From an uncultured delta proteobacterium (GTDB taxonomy: Bacteria; Desulfobacterota; Desulfomonilia; UBA1062), in NCBI GenBank assembly GCA_963785235.1, contig CAWAUM010000011.1, positions 192,001-256,000 on the forward strand: a stretch of DNA of 64,000 bases. The letters run 5' to 3'. Below the pieces are notes generated by a model. That model was not told the origin of the DNA. It made no database searches and saw nothing but the letters and a program-made list of their open reading frames with translations. Made by a program: the position numbers and the translations under genes. Below are positions 62,102-64,000 of the stretch, piece by piece. The stretch's first letter is position 1, and each line of letters starts with the position of its first letter.

Positions 62102-64000
62102 AGATGACCTTGCGTATGGATACCCCTTCGATAAAGCGCTTCACGTTCGTGTCGGAATACGCAGCGGTTTCCACCTCAGCCTGAGGCGTATCCTTGGGCA
62201 TTTCGATGGTGGCGCGCAGCTTGCCGTTCACCTGTACCGCGATTGTCACATTCGAGTCCTGGGCCCATGTGGGATCGAATTCGGGCCAGGGGTGCTCGAA
62301 GAGCCTGCCTGACAACCCTATGGTTTCCCACAGCTCATCGGCGATATGCGGGACAAAGGGCGAGAGCATGATGATCAGGTGCTCGATGGAATACTTCAGC
62401 ACAGCCGCTTCTTCGGCGTCCTTTACCACTTCTTTTGTCTTATAGAGATCGTTTATGAGCTCCATCATGGCGGCTATGGCCGTATTGAACCGGAAGCGCT
62501 TGTCTATGTCCTCAGTGACCTTGCGGATGGTCTGGTGTGTCTTCCTCATGATGGGCTCTACGGATGCCGGTACCCGGGTAACCTTAGATGTCCCCTCCAT
62601 TGCCTTGATGTCCATGGCAAGACGCCAGAGCCGGGTCAGAAACCGGTAGGTCCCCTCAATACCCTGGTCGCTCCAGTCCATGTCCTTCTCGGGCGGGGCG
62701 GCAAAGAGGGTGAAGAGCCTGGTGGCGTCAGCGCCGTAGCGTGCTATCATGTCTTCGGGATCAATCACGTTACCCTTGGACTTACTCATCTTGGCGCCGT
62801 CTTTGATGACCATGCCCTGGGTCAGCAGCCTCTCAAACGGTTCATCAAATGCCACATAACCCAGGTCGCGCAGCACCATGGTAAAGAACCGTGAGTACAT
62901 GAGGTGCAATATGGCATGCTCGATGCCGCCGATGTACTGGTCCACCGGCATCCAGTACGCAACCTCCTTGGCGTCAAAGGCCTTGTCCTTGTGGTTGGGG
63001 CTGGTATAGCGGATGAAGTACCAGGAGGACTCCACAAAGGTGTCCATGGTGTCGGTCTCACGCTTGGCCTTGCCGCCGCATGAAGGGCACTTCGTGTTCA
63101 CGAATGACTCCACCTGGGCTATGGGTGATTCGCCGGCGCCGGTGAGCTTTACGTCCTCGGGCAGGATAATGGGCAGGTCTTCTTTTTTTACCGGGACGGT
63201 TCCGCACTTTTCGCAGTGCACCACCGGGATGGGTGCGCCCCAGTAACGCTGTCTCGATATGCCCCAGTCACGCAGTTTGAAGTTGATTGTGGGCTCACCC
63301 CTGCCAAGGGACTGGAGATGTTCGGTGATGCCCTTCATGGCGTCGGTATTCTTCATGCCGTTGAACTGCTGTGAATTCACCAGCACACCTTCACCCTCGT
63401 AGGCAGCTTCCATAGTCTCCGCCTTGAGTTCTTCGCCCTCAGGCTGGATGACCACTATGATGGTAAGGCCGTATTTCTTGGCAAACTCGAAGTCGCGCTG
63501 ATCGTGCGAGGGCACGGCCATGACTGCGCCGGTGCCGTAGTCATACAGCACGAAGTTGGCCACATAGATGGGCATCAGAAAGCCGGTGAGCGGATTTGTG
63601 CAGTATTTGCCCGTGAACACGCCCTCTTTCTCATAGGAATCCGAGGTACGGGTGATCTTGTCCTCCTTGAGGGTCTTGTCTATAAAGGCCTTCACTGCTC
63701 CTTCCTGGCCGGTCCCTTTGGGCAGGGTCTTGGCCAGGGGGTGCTCCGGCGCAATGCTCATGAAGGTGGCGCCATAGAGGGTATCGGGTCTGGTGGTGAA
63801 GACCTCGATGTCATCATTGGTGCCATCGATGGCAAACTTCAGGAGCGAGCCTGTGCTCCTGCCGATCCAGTTTCTCTGCATGGTCAGCACGCGCTCGGGC
63901 CAGCCTTCTTTGAGGCGCTCGGTATTGTCTAGAAGCTCCTGGGCGTATTTGGTGATCTTGAAGAACCACTGGTCGTATTCCCTGAGGTACACCTGTGTGC
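62055..64000 (-). CDS. leuS: Leucine--tRNA ligase (5' part outside the window)
   Basis: QWFFKIT, TTRPDT editing domain, DWGISRQRYWGAPIP, KMSKS, QVNGKLR. Confidence 0.98.
   Translation of the reverse strand, partial: TQVYLREYDQWFFKITKYAQELLDNTERLKEGWPERVLTMQRNWIGRSTGSLLKFAIDGTNDDIEVFTTRPDTLYGATFMSIAPEHPLAKTLPKGTGQEGAVKAFIDKTLKEDKITRTSDSYEKEGVFTGKYCTNPLTGFLMPIYVANFVLYDYGTGAVMAVPSHDQRDFEFAKKYGLTIIVVIQPEGEELKAETMEAAYEGEGVLVNSQQFNGMKNTDAMKGITEHLQSLGRGEPTINFKLRDWGISRQRYWGAPIPVVHCEKCGTVPVKKEDLPIILPEDVKLTGAGESPIAQVESFVNTKCPSCGGKAKRETDTMDTFVESSWYFIRYTSPNHKDKAFDAKEVAYWMPVDQYIGGIEHAILHLMYSRFFTMVLRDLGYVAFDEPFERLLTQGMVIKDGAKMSKSKGNVIDPEDMIARYGADATRLFTLFAAPPEKDMDWSDQGIEGTYRFLTRLWRLAMDIKAMEGTSKVTRVPASVEPIMRKTHQTIRKVTEDIDKRFRFNTAIAAMMELINDLYKTKEVVKDAEEAAVLKYSIEHLIIMLSPFVPHIADELWETIGLSGRLFEHPWPEFDPTWAQDSNVTIAVQVNGKLRATIEMPKDTPQAEVETAAYSDTNVKRFIEGVSIRKVIYVPNKIINIIVAAGK

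Overview
The gene content points to an anaerobic deltaproteobacterium (Desulfobacterota/Syntrophia-like; this is inference). Many genes, including essential ones (ftsH, folP, holA), are split by single-base frameshifts, so the assembly probably carries indel errors. The first ~25 kb is accessory redox, sulfur and envelope DNA: an RND efflux pair; a MauE-rhodanese-(Fe-S/CCG)-radical SAM cluster; an MBL hydrolase; a PBP; uppP; DUF134-NifX; an ECF sigma module with glycogen-binding (CBM48-like) partners; and a Crp/Fnr regulator divergent from trxA-microprotein-DUF2892-FadL-sqr-tusE-dsrE. The remainder is mostly housekeeping: type IV pilus genes (pilBTC, pilMNOPQ), tRNA-Glu and tRNA-Lys, cimA, lysC, tsaE, acpS, folP, ftsH, a MenK-like radical SAM, an orphan dnaA-like gene, glgA, mtaB, polX, a PAS kinase/NtrC pair, rpsT, holA, lptE and leuS. 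The main hidden signals are: (1) two probable selenoproteins missed by the ORF track, an AhpD-like CxxU protein and a 51-aa membrane microprotein with UxxxxxC, each with a SECIS-like hairpin; (2) an ECF module with three identically spaced TGTAACCT-N14-CGTT promoters that drive a secreted RDRD..SC-repeat protein, the sigma/CBM48 anti-sigma/CBM48 lipoprotein operon and a Gly-rich secreted protein; (3) two perfect FNR boxes linking the sulfur cluster and the RND pump; (4) a palindromic operator over the DUF134 promoter; (5) a family of intergenic MITE-like and palindromic repeats.
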